From the sequence record OP953026.1: a DNA stretch of 64,000 bases; one strand, given 5' to 3'. Shown one piece after another: positions 25,419 to 36,127 of the stretch. Numbering within the stretch: position 1 is the first letter of the stretch; each line of letters begins with the position of its first letter. Below the pieces are notes generated by a model that saw only the letters and a program-made list of their open reading frames with translations, was not told the DNA's origin and made no database searches. Made by a program: the position numbers and the translations under genes.

Positions 25419-26510
25419 TCACATTTCTTTTCTTTTAAGTGCATCTATCATCCAATCAACTTGTGCCTGTTGAGCTTTTACAAACTCACTATTTGCTTGT
25501 TGCTTAAATGCTTGATCATTAGATGCTTCTATAAGATCAATTAATACAGTGTTAACAGAAGATTGATCATAACCAGTATTCTTTAAAAGCTGCCCTACAA
25601 GATACTTAATGAAGGGTGTGCGAGCCAATACATAAGCCCATTCATTATTCCTGTTAATAGGTTCTCGTGGGAGCCGCATCATATCGAACAAATTAGATTG
25701 TACGATAGCTGGTGTTATCCATGATAAACCTTCCATGTCTACACCTTTTAATATGGATTCTCTATTGATAGTTGTACATAGTTTATCAATACGTGGATTC
25801 ATATCAGTGATGTAAAATGGATGCGGTATAGGGAATGTTGGATTTTTAATATCTAAAGCATTCCTTGCTAACCTATTAAAGAAAGAAATATCTAAATAAG
25901 AGTCAACCATATTTGGCAATACAAATGATCCTATAAACCTATAAGTGTCTTCTACTTCATCAGGATTCTTCTCAACTTGCCATCGATACCAGTAACGGTA
26001 CATCACAAGAAGCATTGGTATATTTACTAGAGTTACACCATAGCCTCTACCCTGTGTGGTATTGTTCATGATAGGTAAATTAGTATCAGTACGTGTATGA
26101 TACAGATACGTAACAGGGGAAAGTTTATACCATGTTTTATTTAGATCTTTTAGATCAAAGCTCTCTGATGTGGATACTAGAACTTCTTCAGTTTGAGGAC
26201 CAAGTGTAACACCACCTACATGAACCTTACCTTTATTTAAAGATGATGTAATACCAAATGAACGAATAATAGCACGTGAACGATCGTCCACGTTCTTTAT
26301 AAAAGTAGCATCATCACTTAGTAACTCTACGTTAAAATGTCGAATCATTTGTGCTAATATGTTTTTAGATTCAACATACTTCGGTGCCCGTCTATAATAA
26401 CTTTTAACGTCCCTAATTTGCTCAGCGTAGATTCGTCGGATATAATGGATGTTAGGATCAACCACCTGCCCCAATTTACGTGACGGAGCATTCTTAAATA
26501 AATTATACAT
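25419..26510 (-). CDS. Conserved virion-associated protein (gp52-like)
   Basis: 363 aa minus-strand ORF. Confidence 0.7.
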   Translation of the reverse strand: MYNLFKNAPSRKLGQVVDPNIHYIRRIYAEQIRDVKSYYRRAPKYVESKNILAQMIRHFNVELLSDDATFIKNVDDRSRAIIRSFGITSSLNKGKVHVGGVTLGPQTEEVLVSTSESFDLKDLNKTWYKLSPVTYLYHTRTDTNLPIMNNTTQGRGYGVTLVNIPMLLVMYRYWYRWQVEKNPDEVEDTYRFIGSFVLPNMVDSYLDISFFNRLARNALDIKNPTFPIPHPFYITDMNPRIDKLCTTINRESILKGVDMEGLSWITPAIVQSNLFDMMRLPREPINRNNEWAYVLARTPFIKYLVGQLLKNTGYDQSSVNTVLIDLIEASNDQAFKQQANSEFVKAQQAQVDWMIDALKRKEM

Positions 26511-26525
26511 GGTTATTATCCGATT

Positions 26526-26550
26526 AAAAATTAATTGAGATCTATATCAT
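26526..26550 (+). promoter_or_regulatory. Early-type promoter
   Basis: AAAAATTAATTGAGATCTATATCAT. Confidence 0.7.
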
Positions 26551-26591
26551 AGTTTGGTAACAACAGTAGTAATTACAAATAGGAATATACA

Positions 26592-26957
26592 ATGGCTAAA
26601 AATAATGTTGAAGATCCGCCACTATATTTAGGTAATAACAAAGATCTTACTGTATACATGACTAGCAAAGAAATTGTAGTAAACTTTTTCAATGTCGAGC
26701 GTAGGATTAAGATAGATCCTAATGATCCCAATCCATTAGCAACTGCTACTAAACTCCATGAGGAATTAATAAAGGTATTAGTCGCATATCGATTTGGTAG
26801 TGTAGTTAAAGTAAATGAAACATCTGCTTCGGCACATTCACCATTTATTGCTAAATTTGATACAACTGATAATAATAAAGTTGATCCAGTTAGTAAACTA
26901 TACAAACTGTATCATTCTCTTTTTGGAACAGTTCGTAAGTATATGCGAAGTAAATGA
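26592..26957 (+). CDS. Hypothetical protein (gp53-like)
   Basis: 121 aa, AGGA RBS. Confidence 0.7.
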   Translation: MAKNNVEDPPLYLGNNKDLTVYMTSKEIVVNFFNVERRIKIDPNDPNPLATATKLHEELIKVLVAYRFGSVVKVNETSASAHSPFIAKFDTTDNNKVDPVSKLYKLYHSLFGTVRKYMRSK

Positions 26958-27172
26958 TAACTGCATTTTATAAAAATACTGATAGTTATTATTTAATACA
27001 GGACTGACGTAAATTAGTTTCTGGATTCAAACTTTATACCCATAAACTCAAAAAAGAAGATATGGAAATTGTAAGATGAAAAATAAATAATACTCAGATT
27101 GTAATAATATGTAGTGAACATAGTGTTCGTTACGATCTGCTGATAGCAGATTATAGCGTCTATGTTGTAATG

Positions 27173-27196
27173 AAAAAAATTTGAGATTTATATTAC
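27173..27196 (+). promoter_or_regulatory. Early promoter of chmA
   Basis: AAAAAAATTTGAGATTTATATTAC. Confidence 0.85.
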
Positions 27197-27268
27197 TAAA
27201 TTGAATCTAGTATACTAAGTACTTAGGTTCTTCTTGATCAAGAAACCATAATCGTAAAGGTATTTAAA

Positions 27269-29149
27269 ATGGCTGTTAACGAAAACGAAATCGGCACCGT
27301 TCAAACTCAAGCTACCGCTCCGGCTCCGCAACCCACTGCACAGCGTCAAGCTCAACGTCCTACTGGCGCGCCTGGGTCTACTACTGGCATTAACCATCTA
27401 ATGCGTCGCTCTGGTCGGCTAGATGGCTCTGATGCTCGTTCAGCAGATGCCCTACAAGTATTCACTAAAGTAAAAGAAGAAGCAATCCGCCATCAGGACC
27501 TACCTGATGACTTCGATATCCATCGTTTCGATCGTGATGCGCAACAAGTTGGTATGGCTGGTCTACTCATTGTTAAACTAGCTAAAGATATCAATGGTTC
27601 CATGAAGGCATTCGTTCGTACTCTAGTACTCGATAACCTACCTGGTACTCGCATCCGTCCCCGTACCCACAAAATCAACAATGGTCTAACTGATGACATC
27701 ATTGAAGAGAAGGTACTACCGCGTGATGTATTCACTGCTCAATACTGGAGCAAGATCGGCGAGTTCCTACGGAACCGTTACAACATCCCTGGTCTAGAAG
27801 TACTATCTGCCGGTCCACGTGCAGTGTATGCTGACTTCGACTTCAAAGATGAACTAGCTGTTAAGAACCTACTAGTTGAATCCGTTAATATCTGTGAAGA
27901 TGCTATTGCGCGTCGTAACAATGAGACTCCGTTCTCTATTGCGACCCACATCAAAGCAGAAAACGAACAGCTTACCTGCAATCTAGACTACAATGGTATT
28001 CCGGTTAAAGATAGCTGTGGTAATCCGATCCGTTCTGACCTGGTCATCTCCACTAGCCGTGGTAAGAAAACCAACGTACCTGAGAACGAGTTCTATGATA
28101 CCGATAGCCAGCTAAACCAAGTTAGTCTATTCGTAGATCTACATTGGACTCCGACCACTGGCCAGCAACAAGGCATGTTTGGCGTAACTCTACCTGGTGC
28201 AGTTCTACCTCCGCAGTTCACTCCTTACATCGTTATTACTGACGTTCGTAAGGCGTCCTGGATCCAAGCATGGACTCTAGAAATGTGGCTGTTCGCGCTT
28301 GGTAACGCGTATCGTGCAACTGCATCTCAGGCATGGGCTCGTACTCTAATGCCGAAGATCGCTACTAGTAAGATGCGTGATATTGGTGCACTTGGTTATT
28401 ACTCAGAGCTAGGTAAAGCGATTGAAACTCGCACCGAAGCATTCATGGCAGACGACAGCAACTTCGTAATGCTAATGAACAAGATGGTTAACCAGAACCC
28501 TGCATTCCAGATCGATATCGATCCAATGGGCGACAACTCAGCTATTGAGCAAGTCATCCTAGATGCAGCTGGTGGCGTAAACCAAGCTCGTGCAGTTAGC
28601 CTGATCTTCCAAGCTCTAACTAACCTATACGGCACTGATTTCCGTCAGTTCTATAACCTAGCTGAAGCTGGTCCGATTATCTTTGACAACCATCATGAAG
28701 TAGACCTCGGTCACTACACTGATGAGCATGGCGAACTAAGCGACCGTCGTGATCTTGACGTTCTAGGTGCCATGAACATGTCTGAAGGTAATGACCAAGA
28801 GTGGAAGACCTGGTATGCTACTCAGGTAGGTAATGACCACATTGTGCGTCGTATGAATAACAGTAAAGGCTTCGACAAGATGTACCTAGGTAACGTTACC
28901 TATACTGGTCGTGCTCGTCGTCTAACCTTTAACCCGAAATTCATCACCGCAATGGATGCCGCAGCAGCAGCCGCTGGTGTAACTGTAACCATGGAAAACC
29001 TAATTACCAACTTCGGTCAACAGCGCTTCGCTGGTTACACCGGTATGGGTAACATGGCTGTTTCTGGTAGTGCACAAGTTGGTATGGCTGGCAGCATGGG
29101 TCAAACTTACGGCGCTCCTTCCTATAATGCACCGGGTACCTGGTACTAA
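27269..29149 (+). CDS. chmA: Chimallin, major phage nuclear shell protein (phiKZ gp54)
   Basis: 626 aa; disordered Q/A/P-rich N-terminus, GM-rich C-terminal tail ending W-Y; position between the polymerase and nvRNAP genes. Confidence 0.92.
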   Translation: MAVNENEIGTVQTQATAPAPQPTAQRQAQRPTGAPGSTTGINHLMRRSGRLDGSDARSADALQVFTKVKEEAIRHQDLPDDFDIHRFDRDAQQVGMAGLLIVKLAKDINGSMKAFVRTLVLDNLPGTRIRPRTHKINNGLTDDIIEEKVLPRDVFTAQYWSKIGEFLRNRYNIPGLEVLSAGPRAVYADFDFKDELAVKNLLVESVNICEDAIARRNNETPFSIATHIKAENEQLTCNLDYNGIPVKDSCGNPIRSDLVISTSRGKKTNVPENEFYDTDSQLNQVSLFVDLHWTPTTGQQQGMFGVTLPGAVLPPQFTPYIVITDVRKASWIQAWTLEMWLFALGNAYRATASQAWARTLMPKIATSKMRDIGALGYYSELGKAIETRTEAFMADDSNFVMLMNKMVNQNPAFQIDIDPMGDNSAIEQVILDAAGGVNQARAVSLIFQALTNLYGTDFRQFYNLAEAGPIIFDNHHEVDLGHYTDEHGELSDRRDLDVLGAMNMSEGNDQEWKTWYATQVGNDHIVRRMNNSKGFDKMYLGNVTYTGRARRLTFNPKFITAMDAAAAAAGVTVTMENLITNFGQQRFAGYTGMGNMAVSGSAQVGMAGSMGQTYGAPSYNAPGTWY

Positions 29150-29156
29150 TAGGAAA

Positions 29157-29469
29157 TACCTCGGTAGATAGGGATGTTAAATAAGTAACATCCCGATTCT
29201 AATACTGCGACCCTGGTTCACTTCGGTGATAACGGTTAGGAGTAGGTTCCGTGAAGTAATCGACTAGTGGACTTAGTCTAGGTCGACCTATCACTACACG
29301 AGGATGATAGATCACTTAACCGAAAGGAGTTACTCAAAAGGTGACGTGTGATCAAAAACTACAATGGATGGTAAATGATACTAGTGCCGGTATGCTACAG
29401 AGAAGAGCGGAGGTTAAGCTTTGTAGATGACGCTAGGATCGGGCCAGGCTCCGTTGGTGGTCCATTGTA
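29157..29469 (+). ncRNA. Candidate structured RNA in the chmA 3' region
   Basis: No ORF; 46% GC by hand count (137/300 over 29161-29460); series of helices (see findings). Confidence 0.55.
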
Positions 29470-29475
29470 AAAACT

Positions 29476-29518
29476 GATATAGCGGCTCCTTCGGGGGCCG
29501 CTTATATCTCCTTTTTTT
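29476..29518 (+). terminator. Strong intrinsic terminator
   Basis: GATATAGCGGCTCC-TTCG-GGGGCCGCTTATATC plus T-run. Confidence 0.9.
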
Positions 29519-29543
29519 GTTAATCGATAAATAGGAGTTTGGT

Positions 29544-30788
29544 ATGGGTCTTTATGCCAAAGTTGTTGATCATAATGAAGTTCATGATCAATTTACGGGT
29601 AAACGAATTTATGCCAATGATTACAATACGAGTAACTCAGATGAGAAAGAAGAATTTGATAGGCATTTCTATTCTCATTTCCAAGATTCAGAAGCAATTG
29701 AAAGTAGTGTAAGCTGTGATTGTCGAGCAATCGAAGACGCACATAAACTCGGAGTAATCTGTGATATTTGTAATACTCCAGTTGTCAATACTTCTAGCCG
29801 TCCTATCGAACCATCAATGTGGGTTCGTACACCAAAACATGTACGTAGCCTAATTAACCCACGTTTAATCATTATGCTAACCGGATATCTAGTAACTAAA
29901 GAATTCGATTTCTTAGCATATCTAACTGATACTTCTTATCGATACGATGTAGAATCTATTGGTTCTAAGGAAACACGCAGGAAAGTAGATAGGCTACTGC
30001 ATCGAGGATTTGAAAGAGGATTAAATCACTTCATTGATAATTTCAATGAGATCTTCCAATTCCTACTAGATGCAAATATTATCTCTAATAATAAATCCGA
30101 ATTCGCTCAATTCGTTGCTCAGAATAAAGATAAGTTATTCCCTAAATATTTACCAGTTCCTTCTAAACTCTGTTTCGTAGCAGAATCAACCACATCTGGT
30201 ACTTACTTAGATAAACCAATTGAAGCAGCAATTGATGCTACCTTAACCTTCGCTAGTATTGATGCATCATCTGTACCACTTAGTCCAATTAAAGCTCAGA
30301 ATAGGACTATGCGAGGACTAAGACTATATGGCCAGTTCTACGAGATCTACGCAAAATCACGAATTGCTCAAAAGCCTGGTCTTGCTCGGCGTCACATGTT
30401 TGGTGCTCGTCTCAACGCTACGGCACGTGCAGTAATCACTTCTATTAGTGACCCGCATGATTATGATGAACTACATATCCCTTGGGGGGTAGGTTGTCAA
30501 TTATTAAAGTATCATCTAACCAATAAACTAAAAGCAAAGTTTAACATGACAACTCGTGAAGCATTCTCATTTGTATATGAGAATGTACTTCAATATAACC
30601 AAATCATTGCAGATCTATTTAAAGAGCTAATTGCAGAAGCAGCCCCTTATAAAGGGATGGGTTGTACTTTTCACCGAAATCCAACGCTTCAACGTGGATC
30701 TACGCAGCAGTTCTTTATTACTAAAGTAAAAGATGACATTAATGATAATTCTATCAGCATGTCAGTTTTATGCCTTAAAGCGCCTAAT
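29544..30788 (+). CDS. nvRNAP beta-prime N-terminal subunit, exon 1 (phiKZ gp55)
   Basis: Zn-finger CDC...CDIC; FHRNPTL motif; exon ends at LKAPN and joins exon 2 to restore NADFDGD. Confidence 0.9.
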
Positions 30789-32177
30789 GGACAATTGAAT
30801 AACCAAATAAGGTAAAAGACAATGGAACAAAACGGAGTAGTGTCCGTCTTTGATCCGGCTTCATTTAAAATTGAATGGCGAGATATTCCTGGATACTCAG
30901 CTTATGAGGCTAGTAACTTAGGAACGATTCGTCATAAGCGGTTAAATAGAATATGTAATTTCTTCCTTACTAAAACATCAATTGGGACATATCTCAATAT
31001 AGGTGCAAAAAATGATGAAAAGACATCAAAAAGTAAGGGAGCGCATATTCTAGTTTGTACTGCATTCCATGGTCCATCTCCTGGACCAACATATGAAGTC
31101 AATCATAAAGACGGCAACAAACATAATAACTTACCATCCAATTTGGAATGGATGACTCGTGGTGAAAACATTGAGCATGCTTACAAAAATGGATTAAGAA
31201 AAGAAAATAGACGGGTAATTGCAACTGATGTTACCACTGGTGAAAAGACTACTTATTACTCGATGAATGAACTTGCTCGGGTATTAGGAGTTAATAAAAA
31301 TACGGTTTGGGTTATTATACGTGACCATAAGACTAAGCCGTATAGAAATAGATTCACATTTGAATTTATTACCGGTGAGACTAAGATTGCTGATCGTGAA
31401 AGTACCAAGACAGTTTATGTTTTAGACTATAAGACTAAGACATTACATGTGTTTCATAACTTAGCAGAAATGGAACTTGCACTAGGTACTAAACGTAATA
31501 AAGCCTATTACCATCTAGTTAGAGGTAGTAAGGAAATCATGGATGGTCTGGTATTCTCATATACTGCTAATCCTGAAGATTTCCCTAAATATACTCAGAA
31601 AGAAATTGAAGCCTCATTTGGAAAACCTAGTAATGGAAAAGGCACTCCAATTGAAGTAACTGACACCATCTTGAACACTACCAAAGTGTATCCAAGTATT
31701 CCACACTTTGCAAGAGATGTCGGTATTAAGCATCCGAATACTATTCGAAGAGCAATCTTTGAAAAGAATGGGGTGCTTGATAAATACCTTATTAAGTTAA
31801 TCAAGTCTAGTTCCCCCAATGAGTAATCATTGGGATGAGTTCTCTCTAATTGCTGGGATATCCTGTTAAACTAATCTACCACTGCGAGTCGAAAGACAAA
31901 GCCAAGGTTTGAAAAAGATTAGGTAGGGACAATCAGCAGCCAAGCTCCGTAACATTCCATTTAGGAATAGGAGAAGGTTCAACGACTATTACGGTATCAG
32001 GTGCGCCGGTCCTAGAAATAGGATGTAGAGTCAAGTGACTCGAAATGGGAGACACCCTACTCCGAAAGGAAGGGTGAAGATATAGTCTGGTCTGCATGGC
32101 GACATGCAGCAGGTGGTAATTATCATGTGGTAATTATACTACCGGGTATGGATTAACGACCCATACTGAACATAACG
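30789..32177 (+). mobile_element. Group I self-splicing intron with homing endonuclease
   Basis: 5' splice site after U, terminal G; P (AATTGCTGGGA), Q (AATCAGCAG), R (GTTCAACGACTA) and S (AAGATATAGTC) elements; P7 GACTA/TAGTC. Confidence 0.92.
30822..31826 (+). CDS. Intron-encoded HNH homing endonuclease, I-HmuI-like (phiKZ gp56)
   Basis: NUMOD4-like EWRDIPGY...ASNLG; HNH VNHKDGNKHNN...NLEW...ENIEH; three NUMOD1-like repeats. Confidence 0.92.
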   Translation: MEQNGVVSVFDPASFKIEWRDIPGYSAYEASNLGTIRHKRLNRICNFFLTKTSIGTYLNIGAKNDEKTSKSKGAHILVCTAFHGPSPGPTYEVNHKDGNKHNNLPSNLEWMTRGENIEHAYKNGLRKENRRVIATDVTTGEKTTYYSMNELARVLGVNKNTVWVIIRDHKTKPYRNRFTFEFITGETKIADRESTKTVYVLDYKTKTLHVFHNLAEMELALGTKRNKAYYHLVRGSKEIMDGLVFSYTANPEDFPKYTQKEIEASFGKPSNGKGTPIEVTDTILNTTKVYPSIPHFARDVGIKHPNTIRRAIFEKNGVLDKYLIKLIKSSSPNE

Positions 32178-32396
32178 GCGGATTTTGACGGCGATCAATT
32201 GAATTTAACGTTAATGCCTGATGTGTATTTAACCAAAGCAACTGAACGCATTGCTCCACATACATGGGTTCTATCTATTGATGAACCACATGAAATCTCA
32301 GGTAACCTTGAATTACAGGGTCCTGTTGTAGAAACAATTATTAACTGGGCGCATGAGAAGTATTTACCGCCATTAGAAGAATGGTTGAAGTCGTAA
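32178..32396 (+). CDS. nvRNAP beta-prime N-terminal subunit, exon 2 (gp56.1)
   Basis: Begins GCG GAT TTT GAC GGC GAT = ADFDGD, the catalytic motif. Confidence 0.9.
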   Translation, partial: ADFDGDQLNLTLMPDVYLTKATERIAPHTWVLSIDEPHEISGNLELQGPVVETIINWAHEKYLPPLEEWLKS

Positions 32397-32484
32397 TAAT
32401 AAACTTACCCCTACTATTTATGTAGTAGGGGGCTTTATTTCCTGTTATGGCGGCGACTAACCATGGATGTAAAGTTCCACTGGA

Positions 32485-32506
32485 TTTAATTTCAGATTTA
32501 TATCAC
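32485..32506 (+). promoter_or_regulatory. Early-type promoter
   Basis: TTTAATTTCAGATTTATATCAC. Confidence 0.65.
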
Positions 32507-32537
32507 TAAGATGCAATAGTGATAAGGGGAATACCCA

Positions 32538-32726
32538 ATGTCTAATATTCGTGAAATTATTCGACGTAACCCGGAATGTTTATCACAAGTCGAATGAGAT
32601 GAACGTGAAGCCAGATCGGTAGCCGTATTCACTAAGAGATATATTACTTGCGGGAATGGTGATGTAGTGGTAAACAGAAGGTTTGTCGATGCATATGTCG
32701 AAATGATCTCTAAGCTTAATGATTAA
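32538..32726 (+). pseudogene. Small early ORF interrupted by an in-frame UGA at codon 20
   Basis: AAGGGGA RBS; MSNIREIIRRNPECLSQVE*DEREARSVAVFTKRY...ISKLND*. Confidence 0.6.
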
Positions 32727-32785
32727 AAGCAAAATAAATTAATAGGGGAGTTTGAATCCCCTATTAATTCTTTGAGGCTAGTAGT

Positions 32786-33169
32786 ATGCATGATTTAGTT
32801 ATCTATTGGAAAGCTCATGATGGTTACTACATACAAGATGAATATGGCGAACATCCTGTAACTTTCCAATTATCAGAAATTAATTGGAATTTCACCGGAG
32901 CTTATGAATACGGTGGTTCTGAATTGATTGATGGTCATTTAAGATTTGGTATAGATTTCAAAATACGAAATATTAAGTGGTGCATTAGGTTTAACCTAGA
33001 CGGTAAGTTTACTTTTTACAATATGTCAAATAATGATCGGGATGATACCCTTGTAATTCCAGCTACTTCAAAATTTGCACAATTCTTTAAAAAGACAGGT
33101 AAACATGTAATTACTAATGAAGTTATCACTATTCCAATCAATTGTTCTTTTGATAAACAAATCTATTAA
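32786..33169 (+). CDS. Hypothetical protein (gp57-like)
   Basis: 127 aa, GAGG RBS. Confidence 0.7.
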   Translation: MHDLVIYWKAHDGYYIQDEYGEHPVTFQLSEINWNFTGAYEYGGSELIDGHLRFGIDFKIRNIKWCIRFNLDGKFTFYNMSNNDRDDTLVIPATSKFAQFFKKTGKHVITNEVITIPINCSFDKQIY

Positions 33170-33181
33170 AGGTAAATAAAG

Positions 33182-33607
33182 ATGAATAGTAAATGCAACG
33201 AATGTACTAAGCAAATCGATAATTCCCATGATGTACCAAAAACACTTGGTATCTGCCATAAGCATTATCGATTCAATGTATTTGGGGATAATGGTTTACT
33301 TAAAGATTCAGATAAACTAGTTACATTTAAACTTAATAAAGAAACTAATCTATTTGAATGTATTCTAGAAAATACTAAAGGTGAATATACTGGATTCCAT
33401 CATCCTAAGTTTGGATTCCGTATTAAACATGATGATCCAATCACTATTGTGGTGACTGCACCTGAACATGATATCCATGTTGAATTAACTGTAACTGTTG
33501 AAGGTGTTACAAAAGCTGTCAATTGGATCGGTCAGGAACTAGATACATTTAACTTACCTATGCAACATCCGTTTAATCTATGCTGGTCATATACGGCCAA
33601 TAACTGA
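33182..33607 (+). CDS. Hypothetical protein (gp58-like)
   Basis: 141 aa, AAGG RBS. Confidence 0.7.
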   Translation: MNSKCNECTKQIDNSHDVPKTLGICHKHYRFNVFGDNGLLKDSDKLVTFKLNKETNLFECILENTKGEYTGFHHPKFGFRIKHDDPITIVVTAPEHDIHVELTVTVEGVTKAVNWIGQELDTFNLPMQHPFNLCWSYTANN

Positions 33608-33615
33608 GGTGTATA

Positions 33616-34227
33616 ATGATTGTAGATGCACATGGTGTAGACCTCTTGGACATCTGTGCAGGTGGCCATCTTACACAGCAAACAACTCAATGGTTGGGTG
33701 AGCGTAGTCAGGCACTTCGTTCAACTATGTCAACTGCTGCTGCTAGCTTTTTTAATACTGCTCAAAATATGTACAGTATGATTAGTGAATCAGCTGCTGT
33801 TCAAGCACTGCGGAATCTGACCACAAAGAAAGATAACTTATGGCAGTCGAACAACATTGTGTATCTTGAGACATTAGCTGAACTACAAACAGCTGGTCCA
33901 ATTATGCAACGTTGGGTTATGGCGCATGAGCGTCTAAGAACTATGTATCTTAATAATGAAGTTGATGGATATGGTGGTTCTTATAATAACATCCAAGGTG
34001 ATGCTGTAGGTGAACGACAGTTTGATTATCGCCGCGTGATGGATGGAGTTATGTATACCGATAAGAAAGAATTCGGTTATAAAAACTATCACGAAGATAT
34101 CAAGAGCGATCGTAAACTTAGTCTGCACGAGAAAGTTGACATCATCCGTATGTGGAATGCTATTGATGAACATCTGGACGCAGGTGAAGAAGATCCAACT
34201 TCAGTCGTAGGTAATCTTCTAGGTTAA
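33616..34227 (+). CDS. Conserved chimallivirus protein (gp59-like; reported nucleus-import factor Imp3)
   Basis: 203 aa, GAGGT RBS; identity from gene order. Confidence 0.65.
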   Translation: MIVDAHGVDLLDICAGGHLTQQTTQWLGERSQALRSTMSTAAASFFNTAQNMYSMISESAAVQALRNLTTKKDNLWQSNNIVYLETLAELQTAGPIMQRWVMAHERLRTMYLNNEVDGYGGSYNNIQGDAVGERQFDYRRVMDGVMYTDKKEFGYKNYHEDIKSDRKLSLHEKVDIIRMWNAIDEHLDAGEEDPTSVVGNLLG

Positions 34228-34278
34228 ATAAATGAGAGTCCCTACATGGGGCTCTCTTCTATCGTTTAGGAGAGATCT

Positions 34279-34614
34279 ATGTCAATTGATCTACTCGTAC
34301 CAAATAAACTAAAGATGTTTCAAAAAAGTCCAGATGGTACGGGATATATGTACTTTAATAGTACAGATGGAATAGAACTTAAATACGATAATCAAACACG
34401 ACTATTGTATCTTCCCGATAATGACTATGTAACTGGTGATTATGTTTCACCTGATACTAAATTTATTTTCACAGTCATTGAAGGTGAAGTGGTCTCTATT
34501 AAATTAGATACTGGCGAGGAAATACATAGTTATAGTTTTTGTGATGAGAGTCCATTGTGGAACCATCCACATATTGCTTTTTACGTTAAGGAAAATACCG
34601 ATGCTATTAATTAA
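34279..34614 (+). CDS. Hypothetical protein (gp60-like)
   Basis: 111 aa, AGGAG RBS. Confidence 0.7.
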   Translation: MSIDLLVPNKLKMFQKSPDGTGYMYFNSTDGIELKYDNQTRLLYLPDNDYVTGDYVSPDTKFIFTVIEGEVVSIKLDTGEEIHSYSFCDESPLWNHPHIAFYVKENTDAIN

Positions 34615-35065
34615 GAATAATAACTCATCAAGGCCACTACACCCTATTCTTAAATTAACTACTGCTGTGGTTGATTCAATTCGTTTTAATTTTGAAGAAT
34701 ATTCTTATCTTAAAGAAGCATTTAAGAATGGCGCTCTACGTATCTATGTAACTGGATATGACTATGCTTACCCATCTGAAGATGGTCATCTTGTTATTAA
34801 AGACGACCATCCTAATGTTTCTAGCAGGCCACCATTTGTACATGTTGGTAGGGATCCAAATGGGTTAGTTGATGATACCCAGTTATATGTAGCTACAACT
34901 CATTTTTCAGGGACAAGTAGTGAAATTACTACCAAACCCATTAGTGTACATGCATGTGTTACTGAACACGATATCGTTTTAACAAGCACACTCAAGAAAA
35001 AAGAAGGTGCTGTTATCGTATATCACATTGAATTAATTGCAAGTAAATATTTATATGCTAGTTAA
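34601..35065 (+). CDS. Hypothetical protein (gp61-like)
   Basis: Track ORF 34541-35065; ATG 34601 has an AAGGA RBS. Confidence 0.65.
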   Translation: MLLIKNNNSSRPLHPILKLTTAVVDSIRFNFEEYSYLKEAFKNGALRIYVTGYDYAYPSEDGHLVIKDDHPNVSSRPPFVHVGRDPNGLVDDTQLYVATTHFSGTSSEITTKPISVHACVTEHDIVLTSTLKKKEGAVIVYHIELIASKYLYAS

Positions 35066-35131
35066 TGTAAGTATTTAACTGTATGTATCAAGCAATATAA
35101 AGGGAGCCATTTGGCTCCCATCTTAACTTAA

Positions 35132-35569
<438 letters not shown>

Positions 35570-36127
35570 ATGACTAGTGAAGTTGAGAAAAATGAAAGCG
35601 AAGCTATGAACTCCATGCTATTAAAACGAATTCATATGCTAGAAGTAACAGTTAGGAATCTAACAAAACATGCTAATGTTGTAGATGAGGCTTTCCAACA
35701 ATTGGTAAAAGCTAAAGCTGAAGAAACTGCAACATTTAATATTCGCGTTAGTCGAGTTCTTGCAGATATTCTTTGCAATATGGGTGAAAGTATTCGGCAT
35801 GAAGTTGATGACGCATTGCGAGCTATCCATGGTGATACTAAACCAGTATTCTCACTAGCTGAAGTAGATGGGGTTAATCAGAAAGAACATATGGAATCAG
35901 TCATTGTTCGTAAGGGCGGTGATAAAGGTTATATGTTTGCTACTGTTGGAACGCCTAATAAGTTCACTACTGAAAACTGCGATGCGTTGATTGATTACCT
36001 AAATAGTAATCCTCAACTAATGGAAAATAAAGAAGAAGCTCGTTTTAATATCATCACTACTCTGACTAAACAACAGATTGAACAAGTTATGGGTAAAGAA
36101 GATGGCAACTCCGGAACCGAACACTAG
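35570..36127 (+). CDS. Hypothetical coiled-coil protein (gp63-like)
   Basis: 185 aa abutting the previous stop. Confidence 0.7.
   Translation: MTSEVEKNESEAMNSMLLKRIHMLEVTVRNLTKHANVVDEAFQQLVKAKAEETATFNIRVSRVLADILCNMGESIRHEVDDALRAIHGDTKPVFSLAEVDGVNQKEHMESVIVRKGGDKGYMFATVGTPNKFTTENCDALIDYLNSNPQLMENKEEARFNIITTLTKQQIEQVMGKEDGNSGTEH

Noticed and set aside
29157-29469. tRNA, tmRNA, RNase P, SRP or intron remnant as the identity of the chmA 3' element
   Set aside because: No cloverleaf or T-loop, no tmRNA termini, no P4/P7 or domain V consensus found by eye.
31834-31850. TCATTGGG as the guide sequence of intron 1
   Set aside because: It forms a perfect local GNRA-capped hairpin (P2) with CCCAATGA, matching P2 of intron 2.
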